A stretch of DNA of 32,000 bases from Raphidiopsis brookii D9 (GCA_000175855.1 ACYB01000020.1:90001-122000); one strand, 5' to 3'. Numbered from the stretch's first letter, positions 8,638 through 18,987 are shown. Translations and numbers: made by a program. Notes: generated by a model not told the origin, from the sequence alone.

Positions 8638-8674
8638 AAAAACCTCTTGTAAAGTATAAAATCTATAAGATCTA

Positions 8675-9406
8675 ATGTCATCTGCTTACCTTTTAGTATC
8701 CCACGGTAGTAAGGACTCTCGACCAAACTTAGCCACAGAAGAACTGGCAAGGTTATTGTTTGAGAAACTAACCGCTGGAGAAGATCCAGAAAAGCACCTA
8801 GTAGGTGTAGGCACTTTAGAATTCAATAGTCAGCCATTAAGTGGACAAATAAAGGACTTTGCCCAAAGGGCTGTGGTTTGTGATTGCAAGTCTATTAAAG
8901 TCATACCTTTGTTTCTCTTACCGGGAGTCCACCTGATGTCAGATCTTCCCATGGAGGTGAAACTGGCTCAAGATTCTCTGGGGAATGACCGCCCCATTAA
9001 AATTAAACCATATTTAGGTAGTCATGCCATGATGGGGAAATTATTGGCTCTGGGAATGGCTCAAATATCAGCAGAAGCATTCATTCTTTTAGCCCATGGT
9101 AGTAGGCGTGCAAATTCTCATCACCCCGTAGAAACGATTGCCAACCAGTTAGGTGCATTTAGTGCCTACTGGTCAGTTCCCCCCAGCTTGGAAGCTAGAG
9201 TCATAGACCTGGTGAGTGCTGGTTATCAACATGTTGGCATCTTACCATACTTTCTCTTTTCCGGAGGGATTACGGATGAGATTGCCATTATGGTGGAAAG
9301 GTTAACATTAAAATTTCCAGAAATCAAGTTAGAGTTGGCCTCACCTTTGGGAGTAACTTCCCAATTAGTTGATATAATCTGGGACTTAGCAACACAAGAG
9401 GAATAA
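8675..9406 (+). CDS. cbiX: Sirohydrochlorin chelatase, CbiX/SirB family (two-repeat form)
   Basis: Two CbiX half-domains, each opening with the LVSHGS / LLAHGSRR histidine motif. Lies immediately upstream of cobA. Confidence 0.8.
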   Translation: MSSAYLLVSHGSKDSRPNLATEELARLLFEKLTAGEDPEKHLVGVGTLEFNSQPLSGQIKDFAQRAVVCDCKSIKVIPLFLLPGVHLMSDLPMEVKLAQDSLGNDRPIKIKPYLGSHAMMGKLLALGMAQISAEAFILLAHGSRRANSHHPVETIANQLGAFSAYWSVPPSLEARVIDLVSAGYQHVGILPYFLFSGGITDEIAIMVERLTLKFPEIKLELASPLGVTSQLVDIIWDLATQEE

Positions 9407-9410
9407 ATTT

Positions 9411-10163
9411 TTGGGTAAGGTGTATTTAGTTGGTGCTGGACCTGGTGATCCAGGACTGATGACTCTCAAGGGTAAGGGTTTATTAGAACGTGCTAACGTG
9501 GTTGTCTATGATGCGTTAGTTAGTCCACAGGTTTTGGACATGATTAGTCCCCACGCGGAAAAAATAGATGCTGGTAAGCGAATGGGAAGACATTCACTCT
9601 TACAAGAGGAAACTACTCAACTACTGATAGAAAAAGCCCAAGAACATGAAATTGTCGTGCGATTGAAGGGAGGCGACCCTTTTATTTTTGGGCGTGGTGG
9701 CGAGGAAATGGCTGAGTTGATAGCTGGGGGAATTAGCGTAGAAGTTGTTCCAGGGATTACCGCTGGTATTGCAGCACCAGCTTATGCTGGCATTCCCTTG
9801 ACCCATCGTCTTTATAGTTCTTCTGTGACATTTGTTACTGGACATGAAGCCATGGGTAAGTACAGACCAGCGGTCAATTGGCAAGCAATTGCCCAAAGTT
9901 CGGAAACTATTGTAATTTATATGGGTATACACAATCTTCCCTATATCCTGGAACAGTTGATGGGGGTAGGAATGAGTTCACAAACTCCTATTGCTTTAGT
10001 TCGCTGGGGAACTCGTCCGGAACAGGAGGAATTAATCGGTGAGTTGGGAACTATTATTCAACAAGTGGCAAAAACGGGATTTAGCGCTCCAGCTATAGCT
10101 GTTATTGGCTCAGTAGTAAAAATGCACGGTGTTTTATCCGTTCTCCAGGGAGTTTTAAATTGA
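9411..10163 (+). CDS. cobA: Uroporphyrinogen-III C-methyltransferase (SUMT)
   Basis: VYLVGAGPGDPGLMTLKG and RLKGGDPFIFGRGGEE tetrapyrrole-methylase motifs. The start is TTG at 9411 or GTG at 9420. Confidence 0.9.
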   Translation: MGKVYLVGAGPGDPGLMTLKGKGLLERANVVVYDALVSPQVLDMISPHAEKIDAGKRMGRHSLLQEETTQLLIEKAQEHEIVVRLKGGDPFIFGRGGEEMAELIAGGISVEVVPGITAGIAAPAYAGIPLTHRLYSSSVTFVTGHEAMGKYRPAVNWQAIAQSSETIVIYMGIHNLPYILEQLMGVGMSSQTPIALVRWGTRPEQEELIGELGTIIQQVAKTGFSAPAIAVIGSVVKMHGVLSVLQGVLN

Positions 10164-10200
10164 CCGGGTTCTAGAAGGACTAAAAACTTGCAAACAGCTA

Positions 10201-11172
10201 TTGGTAGAGTTATTGGCAATTTTCACTAAATATACTAAATTATTGTGGATTGTGGTTAAAATTCATCTTTCTATTACCCAAAAAACCCAACGATTAGACC
10301 GTTATTTGTCATCTGTAATACCAGACCTATCTCGTTCTCGAATCCAAGACCTAATTGAACAAGGTTATGTTCAGGTAAATGGAAAAGTCTGTTACTCCAA
10401 GAACATTACCTTGGATGGGGGAGAGTATCTGGAAGTAGAAGTTCCCCCAGTACAAGCTGCTCAACTAGTAGCACAAGATATTCCCCTAGATATTCTCTAC
10501 GAAGATGAACAATTACTAATTCTCAATAAACCCGCAGGTTTAGTGGTTCATCCAGCACCTGGTCATTTAGAAGGTACGTTGGTTCATGCTCTGTTGGCTC
10601 ACTGTCCCAATTTACCAGGAATTGGAGGTGTGCAGCGTCCAGGTATTGTACATAGGCTTGACAAAGATACCACAGGGGCAATTGCCATTGCAAAAACAGA
10701 CATTGCTTACAAACAATTACAATTACAATTACAATCTAAGACGGCAAGAAGGGAATATTTAGGAGTAGTTTATGGTGCGCCTAAAAGTGAAAGTGGGACA
10801 ATGGACCTACCCATTGGTCGTCACCCTCAGCAGCGGAAAAAAATGGCCATAGTTCCAGTAGAGCAGGGAGGTAGAAATGCAATTACTAACTGGTACATTA
10901 AAGAAAGATTAGGTAATTATACACTAATTCATTTTCAACTAGAAACTGGGCGTACCCATCAAATTAGAGTGCATAGTGCCAAAATGGGTCATCCTATAGT
11001 CGGGGATCCGGTATATAGTTCTGGTCGTTCCGTGGGGGTAAACTTGCCAGGACAAGCGTTGCATGCTTGGCAACTGAAACTACAACATCCCACTTCTGGA
11101 AAATGGGTAGAAGTGACCGCTCCACTTCCTGATAGCTTGACAAAATTAATCGAGGTTTTACGTCGACGCTGA
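10201..11172 (+). CDS. rluD: RluA/RluD-family 23S rRNA pseudouridine synthase
   Basis: S4-like N-terminus (RLDRYLS). Catalytic HRLDKDTTG and GRTHQIRVH motifs. The start is uncertain; candidates are TTG at 10201, 10213 or 10243, or GTG at 10252. Confidence 0.85.
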   Translation: MVELLAIFTKYTKLLWIVVKIHLSITQKTQRLDRYLSSVIPDLSRSRIQDLIEQGYVQVNGKVCYSKNITLDGGEYLEVEVPPVQAAQLVAQDIPLDILYEDEQLLILNKPAGLVVHPAPGHLEGTLVHALLAHCPNLPGIGGVQRPGIVHRLDKDTTGAIAIAKTDIAYKQLQLQLQSKTARREYLGVVYGAPKSESGTMDLPIGRHPQQRKKMAIVPVEQGGRNAITNWYIKERLGNYTLIHFQLETGRTHQIRVHSAKMGHPIVGDPVYSSGRSVGVNLPGQALHAWQLKLQHPTSGKWVEVTAPLPDSLTKLIEVLRRR

Positions 11173-11341
11173 AAGATTGGCTAAAGATGAAGGAATATGG
11201 CGAAATATCTCGAAATGTAAAATTTATAATGTCTAGTTCACATTAGTTAATAATGATCACCCTATCCAGGCAAGCCAGGAACATCAATCCAGTTCAGTCT
11301 TGGTAGATTTTTGCAGAATTCTTAAATTATTATGAAGAGGA

Positions 11342-11376
11342 CAGAGTTTGTCAAACTCTGGAAACTTCATGAAGTT
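11342..11376. promoter_or_regulatory. Two adjacent perfect palindromes upstream of cpcB; candidate dimeric transcription-factor sites
   Basis: cagagtttg-t-caaactctg (11342-11360) and aacttca|tgaagtt (11363-11376). In addition, caaactcNNgaaactt occurs twice (11352-11367 and 11383-11398, 14 of 16 identical). All lie about 370-400 bp upstream of the cpcB ATG. Confidence 0.25.
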
Positions 11377-11747
11377 GTGTAACAAACTCGAGAAACTTTT
11401 AGGGTATCTAAGACTTGTAGATAAAGGATTTCAGAGGTTTTCTCTCTCCTGACTCATTTTATTCATAAATTGTAACAAATAAAGTATCTATGGCATTGTA
11501 TAAACTAATCAGAAAGGGGTTCAAAACCAGAGCAAAGTTAAATAAGACAACCAATCGGGTTGAGTTAGCTGGCTTCTCATAAAATTCCCTGTGGTTCTCA
11601 GAATTTCAGTCTAGAGCTAGATGAAACACCAAGACACAGGAGATAGAGAGTAAGGTTAGCACTAATGAGCTTAAAGTTTTTGATCATTCATCCCCGGTTG
11701 TTCTGATCAGCCCATCTCTCAACTAAGTAATTAGGAGATTAGAGTCC

Positions 11748-12269
11748 ATGACATTAGATGTATTTTCCAAGGTTGTTTCCCAAGCTGACGCCAGAGGCGA
11801 ATTTTTGAGCACTGAACAGTTAGACGCTTTGACAGCAGTTGTAGCTTCCGGCAGCAAACGTCTAGACACTGTTAACCGTATTACAAGCAATGCTTCTGCT
11901 ATCGTTACCGATGCTGCTCGTGCACTGTTTGAAGAACAGCCCCAACTAATTGCTCCTGGTGGTAATGCTTACACCAACCGTCGCATGGCTGCTTGTCTGC
12001 GAGATATGGAAATCATCTTACGCTATGTTACCTACGCTGCATTAGCTGGTGACGCTAGTGTTCTCGATGACCGTTGCTTGAATGGCTTACGCGAAACCTA
12101 TATAGCTTTGGGTACTCCTGGTGCATCCGTAGCTGTTGGTGTTGGCAAAATGAAAGAAGCTGCAATCAAGATAGTTAACGATCCCAATGGTATTACCAAG
12201 GGTGATTGCAGTCAGATAGTTTCTGAATTGGCTGGCTACTTTGATCGTGCAGCAGCAGCTGTTGCATAG
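11748..12269 (+). CDS. cpcB: C-phycocyanin beta subunit
   Basis: [21 protein letters not shown]... Bilin-attachment Cys residues sit in MAACLRD and KGDCSQ. AGGAGA ribosome-binding site upstream. Near-identical to the Anabaena CpcB sequence I recall. Confidence 0.97.
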   Translation: MTLDVFSKVVSQADARGEFLSTEQLDALTAVVASGSKRLDTVNRITSNASAIVTDAARALFEEQPQLIAPGGNAYTNRRMAACLRDMEIILRYVTYAALAGDASVLDDRCLNGLRETYIALGTPGASVAVGVGKMKEAAIKIVNDPNGITKGDCSQIVSELAGYFDRAAAAVA

Positions 12270-12382
12270 TCCATTACCTATTCAGTCAACTAGTCAACTA
12301 CAAGTAGTTCAGAAGCTAGAAATCCTAGTTCTGCTTTATTACTCCCAATAAGATACGAAACCAATCAAGGAGAAAATTAACC

Positions 12383-12871
12383 ATGAAAACCCCCATTACC
12401 GAAGCTATTGCAGCTGCTGATACCCAAGGACGCTTTTTGAGCAATACTGAATTACAAGCAGTTAACGGTCGTTTTGTACGTGCTGCTGCCAGCATGGAAG
12501 CCGCCCGTGGTTTAACAGCTAATGCTCAAAAATTAATTGATGGTGCTACTAACGCCGTATACCAAAAGTTCCCCTACACCACTTCCACCCCCGGCGCTCA
12601 GTATGCTGCTGATGCTCGTGGTAAATCCAAGTGCGCTCGTGACGTTGGTCACTACCTCCGCATTGTTACTTATAGCTTAGTTGCTGGTGGCACAGGTCCC
12701 TTGGATGAGTTCCTGATTGCTGGTTTGGCTGAAATTAACGGTGCTTTTAACCTATCTCCCAGCTGGTATGTGGAAGCTTTAAAATATATCAAAGCTAACC
12801 ATGGATTGGGTGGTCAAGCTGCTAATGAAGCTAATACCTACATTGACTACGCTATCAACGCTCTAAGCTAG
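12383..12871 (+). CDS. cpcA: C-phycocyanin alpha subunit
   Basis: [20 protein letters not shown]... Bilin Cys in KSKCARD. C-terminus [10 protein letters not shown]. Confidence 0.97.
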   Translation: MKTPITEAIAAADTQGRFLSNTELQAVNGRFVRAAASMEAARGLTANAQKLIDGATNAVYQKFPYTTSTPGAQYAADARGKSKCARDVGHYLRIVTYSLVAGGTGPLDEFLIAGLAEINGAFNLSPSWYVEALKYIKANHGLGGQAANEANTYIDYAINALS

Positions 12872-13041
12872 ATAGATCCTTGCCCGGAGAGGGGTACAAG
12901 TGCTGGATGAGAAGATCCCTTTGGGGTTTATTCAGTTGTGCGTAGGGAAGTGAGATTCCTGCGGGTAGACTGAATCACCTAGCAGTTGAATCTCGCTCCG
13001 GGCATAGCTTTATGTGTAGATGTGTAACCAAGGGGAAAACA

Positions 13042-13902
13042 ATGGCAATTACAACAGCAGCGTCTAGACTGGGAACAGAACCATTTAGTGAAGCGCGTCG
13101 GGTTGAGCTGCGCCCCAGTGCCAGTCGCGAAGAGGTGGAATTGGTTATTAGAACGGCCTATCGGCAAGTATTAGGCAATGACTATATACTGGCATCAGAT
13201 AGACTTGTCAGTGCGGAGTCGCTTTTGCGTGATGGCAATTTGACCGTTCGTGAGTTTGTAAGAGCGATCGCTAAATCTGAACTTTACAAAGTCAAGTTCT
13301 TCTATAACAGTTTTCAGACCAGACTGATAGAGCTGAACTATAAACATCTGTTGGGTAGAGCTCCATTGGATGAGTCAGAAGTGGTATACCACTTAGACTT
13401 GTATAACAACAAGGGATACGATGCAGAAATCGACTCTTACATAGATTCAGTGGAGTATCAAAACAACTTTGGAGAAAATATAGTTCCCTACTATAGGGGG
13501 TTTGACTTTCAACCAGGGCAAACCAGTGTGGGATTTACACGGATGTTTCGATTATACCGTGGATATGCCAACAGCGACACAGCCCAGGTAGAGGGGAGCA
13601 AATCCAGATTAGCCAGGGAACTTGCTGGTAAGAAAGCATCTTCCATAGTTGGTCCATCAGGGAGTAATGACAACTGGTCATTCCGTCCATCAGCAGACAA
13701 TGCTCCCAAACAGAATTTGGGTAATGCTGTGGGCCAATCTGATCGCGTTTACCGAATTGAAGTAGCAGGCATTCGCAGTCCAGGATACCCCAGCGTGCGC
13801 CGCAGCAGCACAGCCTTTATAGTACCTTACGAGCGTCTTTCTGACAAGATCCAGCAAATTCACAAACAAGGTGGAAAAATTGTCAGTATTACAGCCACGT
13901 AA
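13042..13902 (+). CDS. cpcC: Phycobilisome rod linker polypeptide (LR, about 32 kDa)
   Basis: Start taken at ATG 13042 ([11 protein letters not shown]), which follows an AAGGGGA ribosome-binding site. PBS-linker domain ([18 protein letters not shown]) plus a C-terminal CpcD-like domain (VYRIEVAG...GGKIVSI). Confidence 0.9.
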   Translation: MAITTAASRLGTEPFSEARRVELRPSASREEVELVIRTAYRQVLGNDYILASDRLVSAESLLRDGNLTVREFVRAIAKSELYKVKFFYNSFQTRLIELNYKHLLGRAPLDESEVVYHLDLYNNKGYDAEIDSYIDSVEYQNNFGENIVPYYRGFDFQPGQTSVGFTRMFRLYRGYANSDTAQVEGSKSRLARELAGKKASSIVGPSGSNDNWSFRPSADNAPKQNLGNAVGQSDRVYRIEVAGIRSPGYPSVRRSSTAFIVPYERLSDKIQQIHKQGGKIVSITAT

Positions 13903-13945
13903 GATAAGTAGTTGATATTACCCATCAAGAGGAGATAGAGAGGTA

Positions 13946-14188
13946 ATGTTTGGTCAGACAACACTAGGTGCTAGTAGCGTTTCTTCATCTGCAAGTCGTG
14001 TATTTCGTTACGAAGTTGTAGGGTTGAAACAAAACCAAGAAACGGACAAGAACAAATTCAGTATCAGACGCAGTGGTAGTGTGTTTATTACCGTGCCCTA
14101 CAGTCGGATGACAGAGGAAATGCAGCGGATCAACCGACTGGGTGGCAAAATCGTCAAAATTGAAGCCCTGACAGCAGCAGAATCCTAA
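13946..14188 (+). CDS. cpcD: Phycobilisome rod-capping small linker
   Basis: 80 aa consisting of a CpcD domain only (RVFRYEVVGL...LGGKIVKIE). Confidence 0.9.
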   Translation: MFGQTTLGASSVSSSASRVFRYEVVGLKQNQETDKNKFSIRRSGSVFITVPYSRMTEEMQRINRLGGKIVKIEALTAAES

Positions 14189-14195
14189 AGTCCTG

Positions 14196-15023
14196 GTGAT
14201 GATAGAACCCAGTATATCCGAAGTATCTCCGGAAAGTGGGGCACAGTTGACACCAGATCAAGCCATAGCTAATCTGCAATCATCGGATTTAAGTCTCCGC
14301 TATTATGCCGCCTGGTGGTTGGGTAAGTTCCGTATTAATCGGACAGAAGCTGTAGAGGCGCTAATCGAAGCCTTAACAGATGAAGCTGATAGAACGGAGT
14401 TGGGGGGGTATCCACTCCGACGCAATGCAGCCAGATCCCTAGGCAAATTAGGGAGTTCCCAGGCCATAGAGGGATTGATTAGTTCCTTAAACTGTGAAGA
14501 CTTTTATGTGCGAGAAGCAGCAGCTGAGTCCTTAGCCATGCTTAACGCCAAAACCGCAGTACCAGAACTGATAAAAATGCTAGATGGGGGTTTGGCCCAA
14601 GCTGTGCAAGTGCCAGGTCGTCCCCATCTAGTTCAACCTTATGAAGCAGTATTAGAGGCTTTAGGTTCTCTTGGTGCGACTGAGGCCATTAGTCTAGTTG
14701 AACCCTTTTTAGAGCATTCCGTTCCCCGGGTAAAATGTGCCGCTGCTAGGGCCATGTATCAACTCACCCAAGATTCCCAATATGGGGAATACCTGGTGGA
14801 AATGCTAGGAAGCAGCGACCTGAAATTGCAAAGGGTGATTTTGGGTGATTTGGGGGCAATTGGCTATATGGGTGCTGCAGAGGCAATTTTCCAAGCCAAG
14901 GCGGAAAATAGCTTTAAACTCATGGCATTGAAGGGATTGTTGGAACATCATTTAAAAGATGTGTCACAAAGTATTTCTGAGTCAGCAATTCTAGTCATGA
15001 ATCTTATGGACTCGCTTTTATAA
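14196..15023 (+). CDS. cpcE: Phycocyanobilin lyase subunit CpcE (HEAT repeats)
   Basis: LRYYAAWWLGK, repeated HEAT-like units, and its position after cpcD. Start is GTG at 14196 or ATG at 14199. Confidence 0.9.
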   Translation: MMIEPSISEVSPESGAQLTPDQAIANLQSSDLSLRYYAAWWLGKFRINRTEAVEALIEALTDEADRTELGGYPLRRNAARSLGKLGSSQAIEGLISSLNCEDFYVREAAAESLAMLNAKTAVPELIKMLDGGLAQAVQVPGRPHLVQPYEAVLEALGSLGATEAISLVEPFLEHSVPRVKCAAARAMYQLTQDSQYGEYLVEMLGSSDLKLQRVILGDLGAIGYMGAAEAIFQAKAENSFKLMALKGLLEHHLKDVSQSISESAILVMNLMDSLL

Positions 15024-15673
15024 TGACCCAGGAATTAATTGGTGAATTGGGTGGGATGGGTCAATTAAATCAGTTAATTGACGCAGTTAATCAGGCTCAA
15101 ACGCCACTTGAAATGGTAACAGCAGTCAAAAACCTAGCTGCTGCCAAAAGTCCCGCTGCTATTGCCACCCTAATTGCCGTCTTTGGCTATAATAACCCAC
15201 CAGCAGCAGGACTAGCCCTAGCCGCACTTACCGACTTAGGAACAGTAGCAGTTCCCAGCCTGCTCGCACAAATAGATGATTATAACTATGGCGCACGGGC
15301 TTATTCGATTCGCACTCTAGCAGCGATCGCAGATCCCCGTGCTTTAGACGTATTGATCACTGCTGGGGTGACAGATTTTGCACCCAGTGTACGTCGTGCT
15401 GCGGCTAAAGGGCTAGGAAACTTAAACTGGTCCCAATTGGGGGATAATGAACGTGATTTAGGTATAGAACGAGCTTTGGAGGCACTATTGTTAATTTACC
15501 AGGATACAGACTGGTCAATTCGGTATGCAGCCATTGTAGGACTGGAATACCTAGGAAAAACCAGGAGGGAGACAGTTTTGAACAAATTCCGAGAAATGAT
15601 AGCTAATGAGGAAGAAAAAAGCATCAGGATCCGGATTCAATTGGCGACCAGTAAGGTAACTAGAGATAATTAA
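15023..15673 (+). CDS. cpcF: Phycocyanobilin lyase subunit CpcF (HEAT repeats)
   Basis: Its start overlaps the cpcE stop (TAATG). HEAT-like repeats with ...VRRAAAKGLG and IRYAAIVGL. Confidence 0.9.
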   Translation: MTQELIGELGGMGQLNQLIDAVNQAQTPLEMVTAVKNLAAAKSPAAIATLIAVFGYNNPPAAGLALAALTDLGTVAVPSLLAQIDDYNYGARAYSIRTLAAIADPRALDVLITAGVTDFAPSVRRAAAKGLGNLNWSQLGDNERDLGIERALEALLLIYQDTDWSIRYAAIVGLEYLGKTRRETVLNKFREMIANEEEKSIRIRIQLATSKVTRDN

Positions 15674-15695
15674 GGACGATTAAAAAGGTAAAAAG

Positions 15696-16535
15696 ATGTC
15701 AATACCATTGTTAGAATACTCACCTTCGTCACAAAATCAGCGTGTAGAAGGGTATGAAGTTGCAAATGAAGACACGCCCATAGTCTATAAGCTAAATTAT
15801 GCCACATCAGATCAAGAAATTGATGAGATTATTTGGGCATCATACAGACAAATTTTCAGCGAGCATCTGATTTTAACCAGCTATCGGCAAAAGTTTTTAG
15901 AATCTCAACTACGGAATCGGGCAATTAATGTTAGAGACTTCATTAGAGGTTTAGGAAAATCCGAAGTTTTTCGTACTCAAATAGCAGAAGTTAACTCTAA
16001 CTATCGGTTAGTAGATATTATTCTGCAGAGATTTTTAGGTAGAAAAGCCTACAATAGGGAAGAAGAGATAGCCTGGTCCATAGTAATTGGTACCAAAGGT
16101 GTACATGGATTTATTGATGCCCTATTAGAGTCTGAAGAGTACATAAACAACTTTGGTGATGACATAGTACCCTATCAACGGAGAAGATTTGGGTCACGTC
16201 CCTTCAACCTAGTGAATCCTCGCTATAGCTCCTATTGGCGAGATGCCCAAAGTATGCGTGTCCTAGATTATCGTTCCTTCTACAGTGCTCGCACTTATGG
16301 TACTGCTACCTCCGAGGATATTCGGAAAGCGATTCCAGCTAACTTCTTTGCCATGGCGGGAAAAATCATTACTCCCGAGCGTAATTACCAAAGAACAATT
16401 GCTTCGGTTACTACCCAAATTGGATCCCTGGAAATTCCGGATACATCTAGGGAAGTTTCCACCTCGGAGGTGACTATTAAACCAGTAGCAGTGTCTCTAC
16501 CCTACAGCTATATCCCACCCATCTCCAAAAATTAG
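15696..16535 (+). CDS. cpcG: Phycobilisome rod-core linker CpcG, paralog 1 (279 aa)
   Basis: [17 protein letters not shown]... and a PBS-linker domain ([34 protein letters not shown]). Confidence 0.9.
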   Translation: MSIPLLEYSPSSQNQRVEGYEVANEDTPIVYKLNYATSDQEIDEIIWASYRQIFSEHLILTSYRQKFLESQLRNRAINVRDFIRGLGKSEVFRTQIAEVNSNYRLVDIILQRFLGRKAYNREEEIAWSIVIGTKGVHGFIDALLESEEYINNFGDDIVPYQRRRFGSRPFNLVNPRYSSYWRDAQSMRVLDYRSFYSARTYGTATSEDIRKAIPANFFAMAGKIITPERNYQRTIASVTTQIGSLEIPDTSREVSTSEVTIKPVAVSLPYSYIPPISKN

Positions 16536-16573
16536 TCATTAGTTAACCAACATCTGAAAAACAACCCCCTAAT

Positions 16574-17317
16574 ATGGCCATACCCCTACTTGAATACAAA
16601 CCCAGTTCTCAAAATCAAAGAGTACCTGGTTACGAAGTACCTAATGAAGACACCCCCAGAATTTACCGCATAGAAGATTATGCTTTTACTGGCGAAGTGG
16701 AAGAGTTAATTTGGGCAGCTTATAGACAATTGTTTAGCGAACATGTAATTCTCAAATTCTACCGTCAAGGCAATTTAGAATCCCAGTTAAAAAACAAAGC
16801 CATCACCGTGCGGGACTTCGTTCGAGGTTTGGCCAAATCCCAAGCTTTTGACGATTTAGTCATTAAGACCAATTCCAATTATCGGTTGGTAGAAATTGCA
16901 CTGAAACGGTTATTAGGTCGTGCTCCCTATAACAAGGAGGAAGAAATCGCTTGGTCGATTAAAATTGCCACCAATGGTTGGGATGGTTTTGTAGATGCTC
17001 TGGTAGATTCAGAGGAATATCAAAACAGTTTCGGTGAAAACATTATTCCTTACCAAAGACGGCGCTACAAAGATAGACCCTTTAATTTAGTCACACCTCG
17101 TTACGCCAACTACTGGCGTGATAAAATAGAAGCAGGACGTTACAAGCCTGGTAGCATTAGTGACTTTATGAAAATGGCTGCTTCGGTGAGTATCAGAACT
17201 GTCACCTATACACCTGTGAACACAGCTAACATCGCAATTCCTAAGACTACTAGGGAAACAGTACCTACAGGTATACCTGTGTCTATTAGCCCCAGTGCTA
17301 ACTTCCCCGTCAAATAA
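16574..17317 (+). CDS. cpcG: Phycobilisome rod-core linker CpcG, paralog 2 (247 aa)
   Basis: [17 protein letters not shown]... The linker-domain motifs match paralog 1; the C-terminal tail differs. Confidence 0.9.
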   Translation: MAIPLLEYKPSSQNQRVPGYEVPNEDTPRIYRIEDYAFTGEVEELIWAAYRQLFSEHVILKFYRQGNLESQLKNKAITVRDFVRGLAKSQAFDDLVIKTNSNYRLVEIALKRLLGRAPYNKEEEIAWSIKIATNGWDGFVDALVDSEEYQNSFGENIIPYQRRRYKDRPFNLVTPRYANYWRDKIEAGRYKPGSISDFMKMAASVSIRTVTYTPVNTANIAIPKTTRETVPTGIPVSISPSANFPVK

Positions 17318-17386
17318 ATCCCCTAGGTGTGTAACCTAATGGGGGAAAATAATTAAAGTCAAATTTATCAATCAGAGGAATACAGC

Positions 17387-18148
17387 ATGGCACTGCCATT
17401 ACTTCAATACAAACCTACTACTCAAAACCACCGTGTTAGCAGTTTCGGTGTTGCTGATCAAAATGAGGATACACCTTACATCTACCGCTTGGAAGATGTT
17501 AGTTCTTATACTGACATTCAATCTATTATCTGGGCATCCTATCGCCAGATTTTCAGCGAGCACGAGATTTTAAAATTTAACCGCCAAATCACCTTAGAAT
17601 CTCAGCTCAAGACGGGTTCTTTGTCCGTTAGGGATTTTATTCGTGGGTTAGCTAAGTCTGAAGCTTTTTATCGTCTGGTTGTTTCTGTTAATAATAACTA
17701 TCGTTTAGTAGATATTACTCTCAGACGCCTACTAGGTCGTTCTGCTTACAACAAAGAAGAGGAGATAGCTTGGTCAATTGTCATTGGTACCAAGGGATTT
17801 GGTGGTTTTGTTGATGCTTTAGTTGATAGTGAAGAATATACTTCGAGTTTTGGTGACAATACGGTACCTTACCAGCGTAAACGGATGGAAGGTCGTCCCT
17901 ATAATTTAGTCACACCCCGTTATGGTGAGGACTTCCAAGAAACTGCGGGCACGGTCAGAACAGATTGGCGCTTTGTTTTGGCAAATTTCTACACCGAGAA
18001 AGCCAAATTAAAACGTCTCAAAGAAGGCGATCCAGGCAGATTTGCAGCTATGGCGGCTTCTGTGTCTCGTAAGGGCAATTATGCTCAAAGAATCTCTTCT
18101 TTTGATATTGATTATTTGAGTGCTGTTCCCTATCGCGGTAGACGCTAA
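17387..18148 (+). CDS. cpcG: Phycobilisome rod-core linker CpcG, paralog 3 (253 aa)
   Basis: [17 protein letters not shown]... Same linker domain, with a basic C-terminal tail ending in YRGRR. Confidence 0.9.
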   Translation: MALPLLQYKPTTQNHRVSSFGVADQNEDTPYIYRLEDVSSYTDIQSIIWASYRQIFSEHEILKFNRQITLESQLKTGSLSVRDFIRGLAKSEAFYRLVVSVNNNYRLVDITLRRLLGRSAYNKEEEIAWSIVIGTKGFGGFVDALVDSEEYTSSFGDNTVPYQRKRMEGRPYNLVTPRYGEDFQETAGTVRTDWRFVLANFYTEKAKLKRLKEGDPGRFAAMAASVSRKGNYAQRISSFDIDYLSAVPYRGRR

Positions 18149-18167
18149 TATCAGCTGGTTGTCTCTG

Positions 18168-18243
18168 GGGGTGGGTTTTTACCGTGATAAAACATTGGCG
18201 ATTTGTTCGTGAATTAGTTATGATGTTTGGTAAATACCACCCC
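18168..18243. repeat. Imperfect long inverted repeat between convergent genes (cpcG paralog 3 and the ABC permease); possible bidirectional terminator
   Basis: ggggtgg(g)tttttacc (18168-18183) pairs with ggtaaataccacccc (18229-18243), giving about 14 of 15 bp plus one bulge and a loop of about 45 nt. T-rich sequence follows on the plus strand. Confidence 0.25.
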
Positions 18244-18270
18244 TATTATTAAATGTTTTTAAATAAACTT

Positions 18271-18987
18271 TTACGGTGTTCGTTTCAGAGAACTTTCATG
18301 CCATTTTCCTAAAAGTAAATTTGAGAAGGCGGTCAAAATCAAAAATATCAAAATTCCTAGCGCACTAATCATTATTAAAGCCGCAAACATACGAGGAATT
18401 TGTAAATTATAACTAGCCATGAGCATTTGATAAGCTAATCCCGAATTAGTACCTCCACTTCCAGCAACAAATTCCGCAACTACAGCACCAATTAATGATA
18501 ACCCACCGCTAATCCGCAAGGCAGATAAAAAATAGGGTAGTGCACTGGGTAATCTTAAATAAACCATAGTTTGCCAGGGATTCGCTTTATAGAGACGAAA
18601 TAGATCCCGCAAGTTTGGATCAATGCTATTCAGTCCAAAAGTGGTATTAGAAATGATGGGAAAAAAGGCCACAATCCAAGCACAAAGTACCAAAGCAGCA
18701 AAGGTATTATTTCTCAGCCAAATAATAATTAAAGGCGCGATCGCCGCTATTGGCATTGTTTGCAGAATTACCGCATAGGGATATAAGCTTTTTTCAATCC
18801 ATTTGCTCTGAGCCATAATCATAGAAATTAATAACCCTAAAACTGCTGCATAAAAAAAAGCCACGACGGTAATTTTTATGGTAATCAGCAAAGCGGGAAA
18901 TAAAATAAACCAGTCACTAATTAAGGTTTGTATAATTCGACTGGGAGAGGGTAGAAGATAGGGAGGTATACCAGTAATTTTTACCAA
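18271..18987 (-). CDS. ABC importer permease, NitT/TauT (binding-protein-dependent inner-membrane component) family; the N-terminus is displaced by a frameshift
   Basis: 238 aa, polytopic, with ...IPPYLLPSPSRIIQTL... typical of SsuC/TauC-like permeases. The track ORF 18917..19099 encodes the missing first helix in another frame (see findings). Confidence 0.8.
   Translation of the reverse strand: MVKITGIPPYLLPSPSRIIQTLISDWFILFPALLITIKITVVAFFYAAVLGLLISMIMAQSKWIEKSLYPYAVILQTMPIAAIAPLIIIWLRNNTFAALVLCAWIVAFFPIISNTTFGLNSIDPNLRDLFRLYKANPWQTMVYLRLPSALPYFLSALRISGGLSLIGAVVAEFVAGSGGTNSGLAYQMLMASYNLQIPRMFAALIMISALGILIFLILTAFSNLLLGKWHESSLKRTP

Noticed and set aside
8638-8674. Cobalamin riboswitch upstream of cbiX-cobA
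   Set aside because: The spacer is only 37 bp, far too short for a B12 element.
10713-10735. Hexamer tandem repeat (acaatt, about 3.8 copies)
   Set aside because: It lies inside rluD and simply encodes QLQLQLQ. It is a coding low-complexity stretch, not a regulatory or STRR element.
11748-12871. Whether the two phycobiliprotein genes are phycoerythrocyanin (pecBA) rather than phycocyanin
   Set aside because: The sequences match the remembered CpcB/CpcA of Anabaena nearly residue for residue, for example [18 protein letters not shown] and [17 protein letters not shown]. They are followed by cpcCDEFG, so the phycocyanin call is retained.
12979-13167. Minus-strand 62-aa ORF across the cpcC start
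   Set aside because: It is antisense to the cpcC 5' end and the cpcA-cpcC spacer, its translation is Cys/Arg-rich with no recognisable motif, and no room remains once cpcC is placed.
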